DNA from: Gammaproteobacteria bacterium | GTDB lineage: Bacteria; Pseudomonadota; Gammaproteobacteria; Steroidobacterales; Rariloculaceae | DNA length: 64,000 bases | Reading direction: 5' to 3' | Assembly (NCBI GenBank): GCA_039933105.1 | Contig: JBDTOT010000020.1 | Coordinates: 13,682 to 77,681, forward strand | Shown: one piece after another, positions 1 through 9,443 of the stretch | Layout: the number at the start of each line of letters is the position of its first letter | Position numbering within the stretch: position 1 is the first letter of the stretch | Made by a program: the position numbers and the translations under genes | Notes under the pieces: model-generated | Seen by the model: only the letters and a program-made list of their open reading frames with translations | Told to the model about the DNA's origin: nothing | The model's database searches: none

Positions 1-2
1 GC

Positions 3-371
3 GCATCGCACGCGGTCTCCTTGCTCGAGCAATGGAACGTCCCGTCCCGCCTCGCCAGCGACGCAGGCCTTGCAGGCGCACACCGCGGTTACATTACGGA
101 TCTTGCGCGCGCATGGCTCGATGCAAGTTCGCCGCAGGAGCGGCTCGCGACGCAGGTGTTCGCGTGTGGACCGACGCCGATGCTCAAGGCCGTGGCGAAG
201 CTCGCGCGCGAATTTGACTTGCCGTGTCAGGTCGCTCTCGAGGAGTTCATGGCGTGCGGGGTCGGCGGCTGCGCGGGCTGCAACGTCCGCGTGATGACTC
301 CGGACGGCCCCGCGATGAAGCGCGTGTGCGTGGACGGTCCCGTCTTCGACGCTCGCGACGTTTATCCCTGA
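3..371 (+). CDS. pyrK: Dihydroorotate dehydrogenase electron transfer subunit (PyrK-like), 5'-truncated by the window edge
   Basis: ACGPTPML and EEFMACGVGGCAGC...RVCVDGPVF 2Fe-2S motif; the frame stays open to the window start. Confidence 0.85.
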   Translation, partial: ASHAVSLLEQWNVPSRLASDAGLAGAHRGYITDLARAWLDASSPQERLATQVFACGPTPMLKAVAKLAREFDLPCQVALEEFMACGVGGCAGCNVRVMTPDGPAMKRVCVDGPVFDARDVYP

Positions 372-451
372 ACGACCGGTTCCGCTGACCGCAGAGCGGT
401 TCGTCACGTTACGCAACGGGGACATTGCCAGCTTGCACCGCATCTCTTCTC

Positions 452-501
452 TTCATTCCCGCGAGGGGACGTACTTGCGGCGGGCCCCTCGCGGGTATGA
501 A
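452..501. repeat. 17-bp inverted repeat (1 mismatch); REP-like hairpin or bidirectional terminator between convergent pyrK and the pilU-like gene
   Basis: TTCATTCCCGCGAGGGG (452-468) pairs with CCCCTCGCGGGTATGAA (485-501). Confidence 0.7.
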
Positions 502-540
502 CACGCGCAGGCAGCCGTTGCGATGAGCTAAGCGCGGCGA

Positions 541-1596
541 TTAGCCGAAGTTGATCTTGGCTTCGAGGTTCGAGCGCGAATCGGCGTTCGACAACGCCTC
601 TTCCATGCTGATGCCGCCGCGGCGGTACAGATCGAACAGAGCCTGGTCGAAGCTCTGCATACCGGGTTCCTTCGTGTCCTTGAAGGCTTCCTTCACGTTG
701 CTGATGTCGCCCTTGAGGATCAGCTCGGAGATGTGCGGCGTATTGAGCATGACTTCAACGGCCGCCAGGCGTTTGCCTTCCTTCGAGCGCACGAGCCTTT
801 GAGAGATGATCACGCGCACGTACTGCGACAGATCCATCAGCACCTGCTTGTGCTGATCGTTCGGATACATGTTGATGATGCGGTCGAGCGTCTCGGGTGA
901 GTTGTTCGCATGCAGCGTCGCGATCGCAAGATGGCCCGTGCCGGCCAAGTCGATCGCGGCCTGCATCGTCTCGCGGTCGCGGATTTCACCGATCAGAATC
1001 ACGTCGGGCGCTTCGCGCATCGCGCTACGCAGCGCCCGATGGTACGACAGCGTGTCGAGCCCCACCTCGCGCTGATTCACGATCGACTTGTGGTTGCCGT
1101 GCAGGAACTCGATCGGATCCTCGATCGTGACGATGTGTGATGCGGAGTTACGGTTACGATAATCGATCATCGCGGCCAGCGTCGTGGACTTGCCCGAACC
1201 GCTTGCGCCGACCATCAGGATCAAGCCGCGCCGCAGCATGATCATGTCCTTGAGCACGTCCGGCATGCCGAGCTGTTCGAGTGTCGGCAGCTCAGGCGTG
1301 ATGAAGCGCAACACCATGGCGACGTTGCCGCGCTGGTGAAAAACGTTGACACGGAAACGGCCGAGACCAGCCTCTGAAATCGCAAAGTCGATCTCGAGAT
1401 CGCGCGTGAACTGCTCGAGTTGCTGCTCGTTCATGAGCTCGAGCGCGGCCTGCCGCACCATTTTTGGCGAGAGCTCAACCTGGTTCACGGGCATGATCTT
1501 GCCGTCGATCTTGATCATGACCGGGGAGTACGTGGTGAAGAAGAGGTCGGACGCCCTCTTGTCCACCATCAATTTGAACAGCGGCTTTACATTCAT
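541..1596 (-). CDS. PilT/PilU family type IV pilus retraction ATPase (second PilU-like paralogue)
   Basis: Walker A GASGSGKST, TIEDPIEF Asp box, APDVILIGEIRD, ATLHANN His box. Confidence 0.9.
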   Translation of the reverse strand: MNVKPLFKLMVDKRASDLFFTTYSPVMIKIDGKIMPVNQVELSPKMVRQAALELMNEQQLEQFTRDLEIDFAISEAGLGRFRVNVFHQRGNVAMVLRFITPELPTLEQLGMPDVLKDMIMLRRGLILMVGASGSGKSTTLAAMIDYRNRNSASHIVTIEDPIEFLHGNHKSIVNQREVGLDTLSYHRALRSAMREAPDVILIGEIRDRETMQAAIDLAGTGHLAIATLHANNSPETLDRIINMYPNDQHKQVLMDLSQYVRVIISQRLVRSKEGKRLAAVEVMLNTPHISELILKGDISNVKEAFKDTKEPGMQSFDQALFDLYRRGGISMEEALSNADSRSNLEAKINFG

Positions 1597-1620
1597 GACA
1601 GAGGGGCAGCGAGCCGGCCG

Positions 1621-2778
1621 TTAGAACCGGGACTCTTTCTCCTCGTCGGCCAGCTGGAGGCTCTCCTCTTGTTCGGCCTGAGCCGCGCCTTCACGCTTAC
1701 TCTGCAGCTTGATCCTCAGGCGTAGCTCGTTCTTCGAGTCCGCATTGCGAATCGCTTCGTCGTAGGCGATGACGCCGTCCTCATAAAGCTGGAACAACGC
1801 CTGGTCGAACGTCTGCATGCCCAGCCGGTTCGACTTTGCCATGACGTCTTTGATCATGGCCACTTCGCCCCGGAAGATCAGATCACTGATCAGCGGTGAA
1901 GCAAGCATGATTTCCATAGCGGCCACGCGGCCCATCTTGTTCTCGCGCGGCAGCAAGCGCTGCGAGATCATGGCGGTGATGTTGAGTGACAGATCCATCA
2001 GCAACTGATGCCGTCGCTCCTCGGGGAAGAAGTTGATGATACGGTCCAGCGCCTGGTTCGCGCTGTTCGCATGCAGCGTGGCCACACACAAGTGGCCCGT
2101 CTCCGCGAACTGAATGCCGTATTGCATCGTCTCGCGATCGCGGATCTCCCCGATCATGATGACGTCCGGCGCTTGACGCAGTGTGTTCTTCAGTGCAGCG
2201 TGCCAACTGTCGGTATCGACACCGACTTCGCGGTGGGTGACGACGCAACCACGGTGCGGATGCACATACTCGACCGGGTCCTCGATCGTGATGATGTGGC
2301 CGCGAGTGTTCTCGTTGCGGTAGCCAATCATGGCCGCCAGCGACGTCGACTTACCGGAACCTGTGCCGCCGACGACGAGGCATAGGCCGCGCTTTGTCAT
2401 CGCGACCTCCTTCAGTTGCCCCGGCAAATCGAGATCCTCGAACGACGGAATTTTCGTGACAATCGTGCGGATGACCGCACCAACATTACCTTGCTGCACG
2501 AACGCGCTCACGCGAAACCGACCGATACCCTGCGGCGCGATCGCGAAGTTACATTCCTTGGTGCCGTCGAATTCCTTCGCCTGCTTGTCGTTCATGATCG
2601 AGCGAACGATTAGCGAGCTCTGCGCGGGAGTCAGCGGGCGATCGGCAAACGGCCGAATCGTGCCGTCGATTTTGATGGCGGGCGGAAAGTCTGCCGTTAT
2701 GAAAAGGTCGGAACCATTGTTCTCGACCATCTTCTTCAGCAGGTTCTGCGTCAGTCGTACTGCTTGATCGCGTTCCAT
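1621..2778 (-). CDS. pilU: Type IV pilus retraction ATPase PilU
   Basis: GGTGSGKST, IEDPVEY, LRQAPDVIMIGEIRD, TLHANSANQALDRIINFFP; directly downstream of pilT. Confidence 0.92.
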   Translation of the reverse strand: MERDQAVRLTQNLLKKMVENNGSDLFITADFPPAIKIDGTIRPFADRPLTPAQSSLIVRSIMNDKQAKEFDGTKECNFAIAPQGIGRFRVSAFVQQGNVGAVIRTIVTKIPSFEDLDLPGQLKEVAMTKRGLCLVVGGTGSGKSTSLAAMIGYRNENTRGHIITIEDPVEYVHPHRGCVVTHREVGVDTDSWHAALKNTLRQAPDVIMIGEIRDRETMQYGIQFAETGHLCVATLHANSANQALDRIINFFPEERRHQLLMDLSLNITAMISQRLLPRENKMGRVAAMEIMLASPLISDLIFRGEVAMIKDVMAKSNRLGMQTFDQALFQLYEDGVIAYDEAIRNADSKNELRLRIKLQSKREGAAQAEQEESLQLADEEKESRF

Positions 2779-2809
2779 TACGACCCGCTCCTATGAATCC
2801 GGCCCGGCG

Positions 2810-3853
2810 TCAAAAACTTTCTTTGTTGACAGCCTTGAAGCGAGCTTCTTCCTTCGTGATCAGCCCCTTCATCATCAGTTCCTGCAGATTCTGGTCGAGA
2901 GTCTGCATGCCCTGTGCTTGGCCCGTCTGAATCGCTGAATACATCTGCGCGATCTTGCCTTCGCGGATCAGGTTCCTGATGGCGGGCGTGCCGATCATGA
3001 TCTCGTGCGCCGCGACGCGGCCGCCGCCTACCCGTTTCAACAGCGTTTGCGATATGACTGCGCGCAGCGACTCCGAGAGCATGCTGCGCACCATGTCTTT
3101 TTCCGTGGCCGGGAACACGTCGACGATACGGTCGATGGTCTTTGCCGCGGAGCTCGTGTGCAACGTGCCGAACACGAGGTGGCCGGTCTCTGCGGCCGTC
3201 AGGGCGAGGCGTATCGTCTCGAGGTCGCGCATTTCACCCACGAGAATGACGTCGGGGTCTTCGCGCAACGCCGAGCGCAACGCCTCGCTGAAGCCAAGCG
3301 TGTCGCGGTGTACTTCGCGCTGATTGATCAAACACCGTTTGCTCTCGTGCACGAACTCGATCGGATCTTCGATCGTGATGATGTGATCCGGCCGATTGTC
3401 GTTCACGTAGTCGACCATGCCCGCGAGCGTCGTCGACTTACCGCTGCCCGTGGGCCCCGTGACGAGTACGAGGCCGCGCGGATGCATCGAGATGTCTTTG
3501 AAGATGCGTGGCGCGCCGAGATCGTCGAGGCTCAAGATCACCGACGGAATCGTGCGGAACACCGCAGCGCAACCACGATTCTGATTGAACGCGTTGACGC
3601 GGAAGCGCGCGAGCTTCGGAATTTCGAACGAGAAGTCGGTCTCGAAGAACTCTTCGAAGTCCTTCCGCTGCTTGTCGTTCATGATGTCGTACACCATACT
3701 GTGCACTTCTTTGTGCTTCAGTGCTGGCATGTTGATTCGCTTGACGTCGCCGTCAACGCGAATGATCGGTGGTACACCGGACGACAAGTGCAGATCGGAT
3801 GCTCCGTTCTTGACGGCAAACGCGAGCAACTGCGCAATATCTACCGCGGCCAT
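2810..3853 (-). CDS. pilT: Type IV pilus retraction ATPase PilT
   Basis: Start reassigned to MAAVDIAQLL (ATG 3853); GPTGSGKST, LREDPDVILVGEMRD, AIRNLIRE motif; divergent from yggS. Confidence 0.96.
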   Translation of the reverse strand: MAAVDIAQLLAFAVKNGASDLHLSSGVPPIIRVDGDVKRINMPALKHKEVHSMVYDIMNDKQRKDFEEFFETDFSFEIPKLARFRVNAFNQNRGCAAVFRTIPSVILSLDDLGAPRIFKDISMHPRGLVLVTGPTGSGKSTTLAGMVDYVNDNRPDHIITIEDPIEFVHESKRCLINQREVHRDTLGFSEALRSALREDPDVILVGEMRDLETIRLALTAAETGHLVFGTLHTSSAAKTIDRIVDVFPATEKDMVRSMLSESLRAVISQTLLKRVGGGRVAAHEIMIGTPAIRNLIREGKIAQMYSAIQTGQAQGMQTLDQNLQELMMKGLITKEEARFKAVNKESF

Positions 3854-3916
3854 GGGGCTCCCTGACGAGGGGCTACACAAGTAGTTGACAGTATAGCCAA
3901 GGGCTGCCGGCAAAGC

Positions 3917-4600
3917 GTGATTGAAATCACGGCTCATCTCGCAGATATCGTCGAGCGCGTCGCTCGCTCGACAGAGCGCGCGCAACGCGCTCCGAACAGC
4001 GTGCAAATCATCGCCGTCAGCAAGCAACAGCCGGTCTCCGCAATCGCGGCGGCCTACGCCGCAGGCATGCGCCACTTTGGCGAAAGCTACGTGCAAGAAG
4101 CTCTGCCCAAGATGGCGGAGCTCGAAGATCTCGACATCATCTGGCACTTCGTCGGCAGGCTGCAGGCGAACAAGACTCGCGCCGTAGCCGAGCATTTCGA
4201 CTGGGTGCATACCGTCGATCGTCTGCGCATCGCCGAACGCCTCGACGAACAGCGCCCGCAATTCGCCCCGCCTCTAAATGTGCTGATTCAAATCAACCAA
4301 GGTGGCGAAGAACAGAAGGCAGGCGCTCTCGAGCGGGATGCACCAACGCTCGCGCGCGGAATCTCGGCTCTGCCGAATCTCGCGCTGCGTGGACTCATGA
4401 CGCTGCCGCCGCAGAGCGGCACAGGAGCGGGCGAATGGTTCGCATCGCTGGCAGCGCTGCGCACTCGGCTCGCAGCCGAAGCCATTCCGCTCGACACGCT
4501 GTCGATGGGCATGTCGGAAGACTTCGAGGTCGCCATTGCTGCCGGCGCGAACTTCGTCAGAATTGGTACCGCAATCTTCGGCGCTCGCGGTCCCGGCTAG
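3917..4600 (+). CDS. yggS: YggS family pyridoxal-phosphate homeostasis protein
   Basis: IIAVSK, FGESYVQE, WHFVGRLQANK, LSMGMSEDFEVAI, VRIGTAIFG; conserved pilT-yggS divergence. Confidence 0.95.
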   Translation: MIEITAHLADIVERVARSTERAQRAPNSVQIIAVSKQQPVSAIAAAYAAGMRHFGESYVQEALPKMAELEDLDIIWHFVGRLQANKTRAVAEHFDWVHTVDRLRIAERLDEQRPQFAPPLNVLIQINQGGEEQKAGALERDAPTLARGISALPNLALRGLMTLPPQSGTGAGEWFASLAALRTRLAAEAIPLDTLSMGMSEDFEVAIAAGANFVRIGTAIFGARGPG

Positions 4601-4659
4601 CCGCGGCACCCGCAACAACGTGGCGTGATATCGTGCTAGGTATCAACGAGTAGTCGCCG

Positions 4660-5205
4660 ATGACGAGTGCGCTGATATTTCTCATCAGAACGATCGCGGA
4701 CCTGTACCTGCTCATGTTCCTCCTACGGTTCATCTTGCAGTGGGTTCGGGCGAGCTACGCCAATCCGTTGTCGCAACTCGTGCAACGAGTCACTTCGCCG
4801 CTCGTCGTCCCGGCACGCCGCGTGCTACCGAGTGTCGCGGGACTCGATATTCCGACCCTAGTAGTGCTGATCGTGCTCGAAGGCCTCGTGACATTTCTCC
4901 TGCTCGCGATCGCGCACTACCCTCTCTCGATACCTGGTCTTCTAGTACTGATCGCATTGCGCCTCGTCTCCCTTACGCTGTGGTTCTATTCCATGGCGCT
5001 GTTCGTGTACGTGCTGCTCAGCTGGTTCGGTGATCGCGGCGGTGGACCGATGGGCAGCGTGCTTGCCGAGATTGTCGAGCCGTTGCTGCGGCCTGTACGT
5101 CGCGTGGTGCCGCCCATTGCGGGGCTCGATCTATCACCCCTGCTCGTGATGCTCGTGTGTCAAGCAGGAATCATCGCGCTCGCGTTGCCCCCGTTCCTTC
5201 GCTAG
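4660..5205 (+). CDS. yggT: YggT family membrane protein
   Basis: Two YggT repeats (YANPLSQLVQRVTSPL; EPLLRPVRRVVPPIAGLDLSPL); hydrophobic; synteny. Confidence 0.9.
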   Translation: MTSALIFLIRTIADLYLLMFLLRFILQWVRASYANPLSQLVQRVTSPLVVPARRVLPSVAGLDIPTLVVLIVLEGLVTFLLLAIAHYPLSIPGLLVLIALRLVSLTLWFYSMALFVYVLLSWFGDRGGGPMGSVLAEIVEPLLRPVRRVVPPIAGLDLSPLLVMLVCQAGIIALALPPFLR

Positions 5206-5293
5206 ACAGTGTTCCTGCACGCGCGTAATGTCGCTAGCGTACATAGCGGCTGCAAGTCGCGATGGCGAGAGTGGTGTGTCGGTAGGGGGTAGC

Positions 5294-5791
5294 ATGGTCA
5301 TGCGCGCGCGCGTTCTGGCATTTCTCGGAACCGCAATCTTGCTCTCGGCATGCGATTCCGGCGTCAAGATCACCACCGCGAGCAAGCAAGACGATCCGTT
5401 GCCGGCCACCGAAAGTCAGAAAGATTTCGGCGACTATGTCGTATATTTCAACGCGATCAATACGAACCAGCTGACTCCCGACATTGCCAAGCAATACGGC
5501 ATCGTCCGCAGTAAGAGCCAGGCCATGCTGAACGTGAGCATTCACAAAAAGATCCCGGGCGGCGGCACCGAGGCCGTGACCGGCGCCGTCACCGCGTCAG
5601 CCGTGAATCTGAATGCCCAGCTGAAATCGATGACGTTGCGCGAGATACGCGAAGACAAGGCGATCTACTACATCGGCGAACTGCCCATCACCGATGGCGA
5701 GGTGCTGATCTATACGATCGACGCCACACCCGGCAACGACCCGAGTCGTTTCACGCTGCGCTTCAAGAAGCAGTTCTACGTCGAGCAGTAA
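5294..5791 (+). CDS. DUF4426 domain lipoprotein
   Basis: Lipobox LSAC; YFNAINT..LTPDIAKQYGIVRS, IREDKAIYYIGE; usually follows yggT; start approximate. Confidence 0.75.
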   Translation: MVMRARVLAFLGTAILLSACDSGVKITTASKQDDPLPATESQKDFGDYVVYFNAINTNQLTPDIAKQYGIVRSKSQAMLNVSIHKKIPGGGTEAVTGAVTASAVNLNAQLKSMTLREIREDKAIYYIGELPITDGEVLIYTIDATPGNDPSRFTLRFKKQFYVEQ

Positions 5792-5798
5792 CGCTCGA

Positions 5799-6257
5799 CT
5801 AACTGTCGCCGCGGACGCGATTGCGGATGCGGATCAGGTCGCTACGGGCCACGTACAACAAGCCCGCGATCCTGCCGACAAGATAGTCTTCTTGCTTGTC
5901 GAGCCGATCGTCGGCGTACGCCACTTGCCACAACATTTCGACGACGCGGTGTTTCTCGGCGACGGAAAGGTGTTCGTGCAGCCGTCGCGTGAACTGCTGT
6001 AGCTCCACCGCGTGATCGGCCTCGCGCTGAGCCTCATCGAGCAACAACTTGGCGTCCGCAACGTCGAGAGAGAAGAACTGCTGCAAGGACCCGAGCATCG
6101 TCCCATCCTCCGCCAAGTCGTCCGCGTAATCGGCACGAGCCACTTCTATCAGTAGCAGTGCCGTCGCTACCCGCAATGCATGCTCGCGCTCAGTAGCGGA
6201 CGGTTCGTGCTCGCCGCCGAAAGCGCGATCGAAAATAGCGTTCAGTTTACCCAGCAT
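5799..6257 (-). CDS. TerB family (tellurite resistance-like) protein
   Basis: ALLLIEVARAD, VVEMLWQVAYAD..LDKQEDYLV..IAGLL. Confidence 0.8.
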   Translation of the reverse strand: MLGKLNAIFDRAFGGEHEPSATEREHALRVATALLLIEVARADYADDLAEDGTMLGSLQQFFSLDVADAKLLLDEAQREADHAVELQQFTRRLHEHLSVAEKHRVVEMLWQVAYADDRLDKQEDYLVGRIAGLLYVARSDLIRIRNRVRGDS

Positions 6258-6264
6258 GACGAAC

Positions 6265-6909
6265 TCAACCCTTGAGCTCAAAGTCGGGACCGAAGAATTC
6301 GGTCACCGCGTCAGCGAGCGCGTTCAGATGCCCATGAAAGTAGTGACCGACGCCGTCGGCGAGCACCACGCGCGGCGGTATCGCCAGCGCGTTCGCCCAC
6401 TTAACCACGGGCGCAGCCGCAACGACATCATCCGCTGAACCGTGCACGAGCAACCACGGGCATTGGGGCGGCTCGAAGTCCACGGGCAATCGCGCTACTG
6501 GCGGCGCGACGGTTACGAGACCGCGCGGCGCCACCCGAGCCGCAACACCAAGCGCCATCGCAGCACCGAATGAGAATCCGCCGAGATACACGTGCAGCCC
6601 GGGCCAACGCGCGCGGCTCCATTCGATGACCGCCAGCACGTCGTCGCGCTCGCCTTCACCGTCGGCGTGTGTGCCCGCCGACGCGCCCACACCGCGAAAA
6701 TTGAAGCGCACGGCAATGGCCCCGAGATTCGCAAACGTTCTCGCGAGCGTCGTCACCACCTTGTTCTGCATGGTGCCGAGTTGCAGAGGGTGGGGATGAC
6801 AGATCACCGCGACGGCGACCGCTGCATCGCCAACTTCATCGAGCGCGGCCTCGATCCGCCCCGCGGGGCCGGCGATCTCGACCGCCGTAGAGGTGACCGC
6901 ACGCTTCAC
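6265..6909 (-). CDS. Alpha/beta fold hydrolase
   Basis: CHPHP..GTMQNKVV, RFNFRGVG, nucleophile elbow GFSFG, HG..D, GHYF; start overlaps the htpG stop. Confidence 0.88.
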   Translation of the reverse strand: MKRAVTSTAVEIAGPAGRIEAALDEVGDAAVAVAVICHPHPLQLGTMQNKVVTTLARTFANLGAIAVRFNFRGVGASAGTHADGEGERDDVLAVIEWSRARWPGLHVYLGGFSFGAAMALGVAARVAPRGLVTVAPPVARLPVDFEPPQCPWLLVHGSADDVVAAAPVVKWANALAIPPRVVLADGVGHYFHGHLNALADAVTEFFGPDFELKG

Positions 6910-8777
6910 GACGGCTTGTCGACAGCCGGCTCGAGATCAGCCAGAAGCTCGTTCAGCCGCGCGACGAAGGCCGCCGGATCCTCGAGTTGCCGGCCCTCGG
7001 CCAGCACAGCTTGCTCGAAGACCAGCAGGGCGAGGCGCTCGAATCGTGCCGGATCGCTCTCGCGGTTGAGGCGCCGCACGAGCGCATGATCGAGATTCAG
7101 CTCGAGACTCGGCACGATGGCGGGCGCCTCATGACCCGCGGCGGTCAGCATCGCGCGCATCTGATACCCAAGATCGTCATCGCCAAGCACGAGGCATGCT
7201 GCCGATTGTCTCAGCCTCTCACCTATCCGAACCTCGTCCACGCGCTCGCGCAGAACTTGTTTCACGCGCTTTAGAAGCTGCTTCTCCTCACGCGGCTCCG
7301 TCGCCAGCTTGTCGGCATTTCCCGTGGGCAGATCGAGCGCGCCGCGCCGCACGTCCTTGAACGTCTTGCCTTCGTGCGACGTGAGGTGCTGCATGACCCA
7401 CTCGTCGAGGCGATCGGTAAGCAGCAACACTTCGACGCCGCGCTCCTTGAACGCTTCTAGATGCGGGCTGCTGCGAGCCGCCGTCGGCGACTCCGCTATC
7501 AGAAAGTAAATGGCATTCTGCTCGGGGTTCGCATCGGCCAGATAGTCCTTGAGGCTTCGGTTCTGCTCAGCGCGGGTCGACCGCGTGCTACTGAAGCGCA
7601 GCAACTCCACGAGCCGCTCGCGGTTCGCGTGATCCTCGACGAGACCTTCCTTCACCAGCGTTCCAAAGTCGCGCCAGAATTTCGCGTATTTCTCACCGTC
7701 CTCGGCCAACCGATCGAGCAGATCGAGCACTCGGCGCGTGAGCGCAGCCCGCATTGCGCTGATCGTTTCGTCCTGCTGCAACAACTCACGCGAGACGTTC
7801 AGCGACAGCTCGCTCGAATCGACGACGCCGCGCACGAAGCGCAGATACAACGGCAGAAACTGCGTGGCCTGGTCCGTAATGAACACCCGCTGCACATACA
7901 ACTTTACGCCCTTCGGCGATTCGCGGTTCCAAAGATCGAACGGGGCTGCCGACGGGATGTACAACAGGCTCGTGTACTCGCGTTTGCCCTCGACGCGGTT
8001 GTGAGCCCAGACCAGTGGCTCCTCGGCGTCGTGCGTCAGGTGTTTGTAGAACTCGACGTACTCGGCATCGGATATTTCCGCCTTGGGTCGCGTCCACAGC
8101 GCCTTCGCACGGTTCACGATTTCGTCGGCGCCGCCCGCGACCAAACGCACGGGGAAGGCGATGTGGTCGGAGTACTTGCGGATCAGCGCGCGCAGGCGTT
8201 CCGGTCTAAGGAATTCATCGGCGTCTTTCTTGAGTTTGAGCTGTACAGACGTGCCCCGCTCGGTGCGCGCGACCGCCGCGACGCTGTACTCGCCTTGGCC
8301 GTCGGAGACCCAGCGCACGCCCTGCTCGGCCGGTGCATCGGCCCTGCGAGTCGACACCGTGACTTCGTCCGCCACGATGAACGCAGAGTAAAAGCCCACG
8401 CCAAACTGGCCGATCAGCTGGGCGTCCTTGCGTTGATCGCCCGTCATTCGCGCGAGAAACTGGCCGGTGCCGGAACGCGCAATCGTGCCGAGGTGCTCGA
8501 TGACCTCGTCGCGACTCATTCCGATGCCATTGTCGGTGATCGTTACGAGACCCGCTTCGGGATCCACGGTGACGCGGATCGCGAGGTCGGTGTCGGCGCC
8601 CAGCAGCTCGGGATGCGCCAGGCTTTCGAAGCGCAGACGGTCGTTCGCGTCGGATGCGTTCGATATCAACTCGCGCAGGAAGATCTCCCTGTCGCTGTAC
8701 AGGGAATGCACCATGAGATGCAGTAGTTGCTTGATCTCAGCCTGGAACGCAAACGTGGCCGACCCGCTACTTTCCAT
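6906..8777 (-). CDS. htpG: Chaperone HtpG (Hsp90)
   Basis: FQAEIKQLLHLMVHSLYS, FLRELISNASDA, DNGIGM, IGQFGVGFYS. Confidence 0.98.
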   Translation of the reverse strand: MESSGSATFAFQAEIKQLLHLMVHSLYSDREIFLRELISNASDANDRLRFESLAHPELLGADTDLAIRVTVDPEAGLVTITDNGIGMSRDEVIEHLGTIARSGTGQFLARMTGDQRKDAQLIGQFGVGFYSAFIVADEVTVSTRRADAPAEQGVRWVSDGQGEYSVAAVARTERGTSVQLKLKKDADEFLRPERLRALIRKYSDHIAFPVRLVAGGADEIVNRAKALWTRPKAEISDAEYVEFYKHLTHDAEEPLVWAHNRVEGKREYTSLLYIPSAAPFDLWNRESPKGVKLYVQRVFITDQATQFLPLYLRFVRGVVDSSELSLNVSRELLQQDETISAMRAALTRRVLDLLDRLAEDGEKYAKFWRDFGTLVKEGLVEDHANRERLVELLRFSSTRSTRAEQNRSLKDYLADANPEQNAIYFLIAESPTAARSSPHLEAFKERGVEVLLLTDRLDEWVMQHLTSHEGKTFKDVRRGALDLPTGNADKLATEPREEKQLLKRVKQVLRERVDEVRIGERLRQSAACLVLGDDDLGYQMRAMLTAAGHEAPAIVPSLELNLDHALVRRLNRESDPARFERLALLVFEQAVLAEGRQLEDPAAFVARLNELLADLEPAVDKPS

Positions 8778-8814
8778 CGACGAGGTACCTCACCCAACGC
8801 AATTGCTGCGCGCT

Positions 8815-8843
8815 AGGTTAGGCGCGGCGGGAGTTTTTTCAAG
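8815..8843 (-). promoter_or_regulatory. Putative sigma32 promoter of htpG
   Basis: Minus strand CTTGAA (8843-8838) matches the sigma32 -35 box; the -10 region (CGCCTAAC) is a weak match. Confidence 0.45.
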
Positions 8844-8854
8844 CGTCCCGGGTG

Positions 8855-9106
8855 TTAGGCCGGCAATTCTCGGTAATAAGCGACGCGCAGGGCGGCGCCG
8901 AAGAACCAAGCCGCAACGCTCGCGGCGGCTATCACCGACAGTAAGGGCGTCAGTTCGGTGGCGACCAACGACGATTCGCAGCTAGCCACCGCCAGTGCGG
9001 CGAGAAAGCCCACTCCGAGCACCGCCCTACGCAGTTCCTCCCATCTGGAGGCCAGGGCGAATGCCAAGTCGTCGAGATCGTCCAACCAGCGGAGTACGAC
9101 TTCCAT
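8855..9106 (-). CDS. Small hypothetical membrane protein (83 aa)
   Basis: Amphipathic WLDDLDDL N-terminus and two hydrophobic segments; fills the gap upstream of htpG. Confidence 0.6.
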   Translation of the reverse strand: MEVVLRWLDDLDDLAFALASRWEELRRAVLGVGFLAALAVASCESSLVATELTPLLSVIAAASVAAWFFGAALRVAYYRELPA

Positions 9107-9114
9107 GCGCCGAC

Positions 9115-9279
9115 CTACTTTTCGTCGGACTCGAACTGAGGGCTAATGTGAACCGTCGCCAGCCGTTGCTGCTCGCCCTCTTTGTGGCGACGCGCAGCCT
9201 CGATGGCCCAGGCAATCCATTCCAGGCGACAGATGCCCTTTTCCGTGTCTGGCTGATCGCGGTGATCTTTTGCGTCCAT
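9115..9279 (-). CDS. Small hypothetical protein (54 aa), below the ORF-track cutoff
   Basis: Hand translation MDAKDHRDQPDTEKGICRLEWIAWAIEAARRHKEGEQQRLATVHISPQFESDEK; ends 8 nt before the next ATG. Confidence 0.45.
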   Translation of the reverse strand: MDAKDHRDQPDTEKGICRLEWIAWAIEAARRHKEGEQQRLATVHISPQFESDEK

Positions 9280-9443
9280 TGCTAGAAGATCTTCGCTGTG
9301 ATGAACGCCAACATAGCGCGCCCGCGCGGCCGTGGCTGTGAGGTTTTTCTCAAGAACCCAAGCCCAGGCGACAAAGAGTTTGACTTATTGTAAGTTGGCG
9401 CAGTGTCGCGAGCGGCAGAGGTTGCTCGAAGTCACAGTTACAC

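Noticed and set aside
3854-4261. 136-aa N-terminal extension of pilT in the ORF track
   Set aside because: Overlaps yggS on the opposite strand; PilT homology starts at MAAVDIAQLL.
7461-8726. 421-aa ORF antisense to htpG
   Set aside because: Shadow of a well-supported gene; no independent features.
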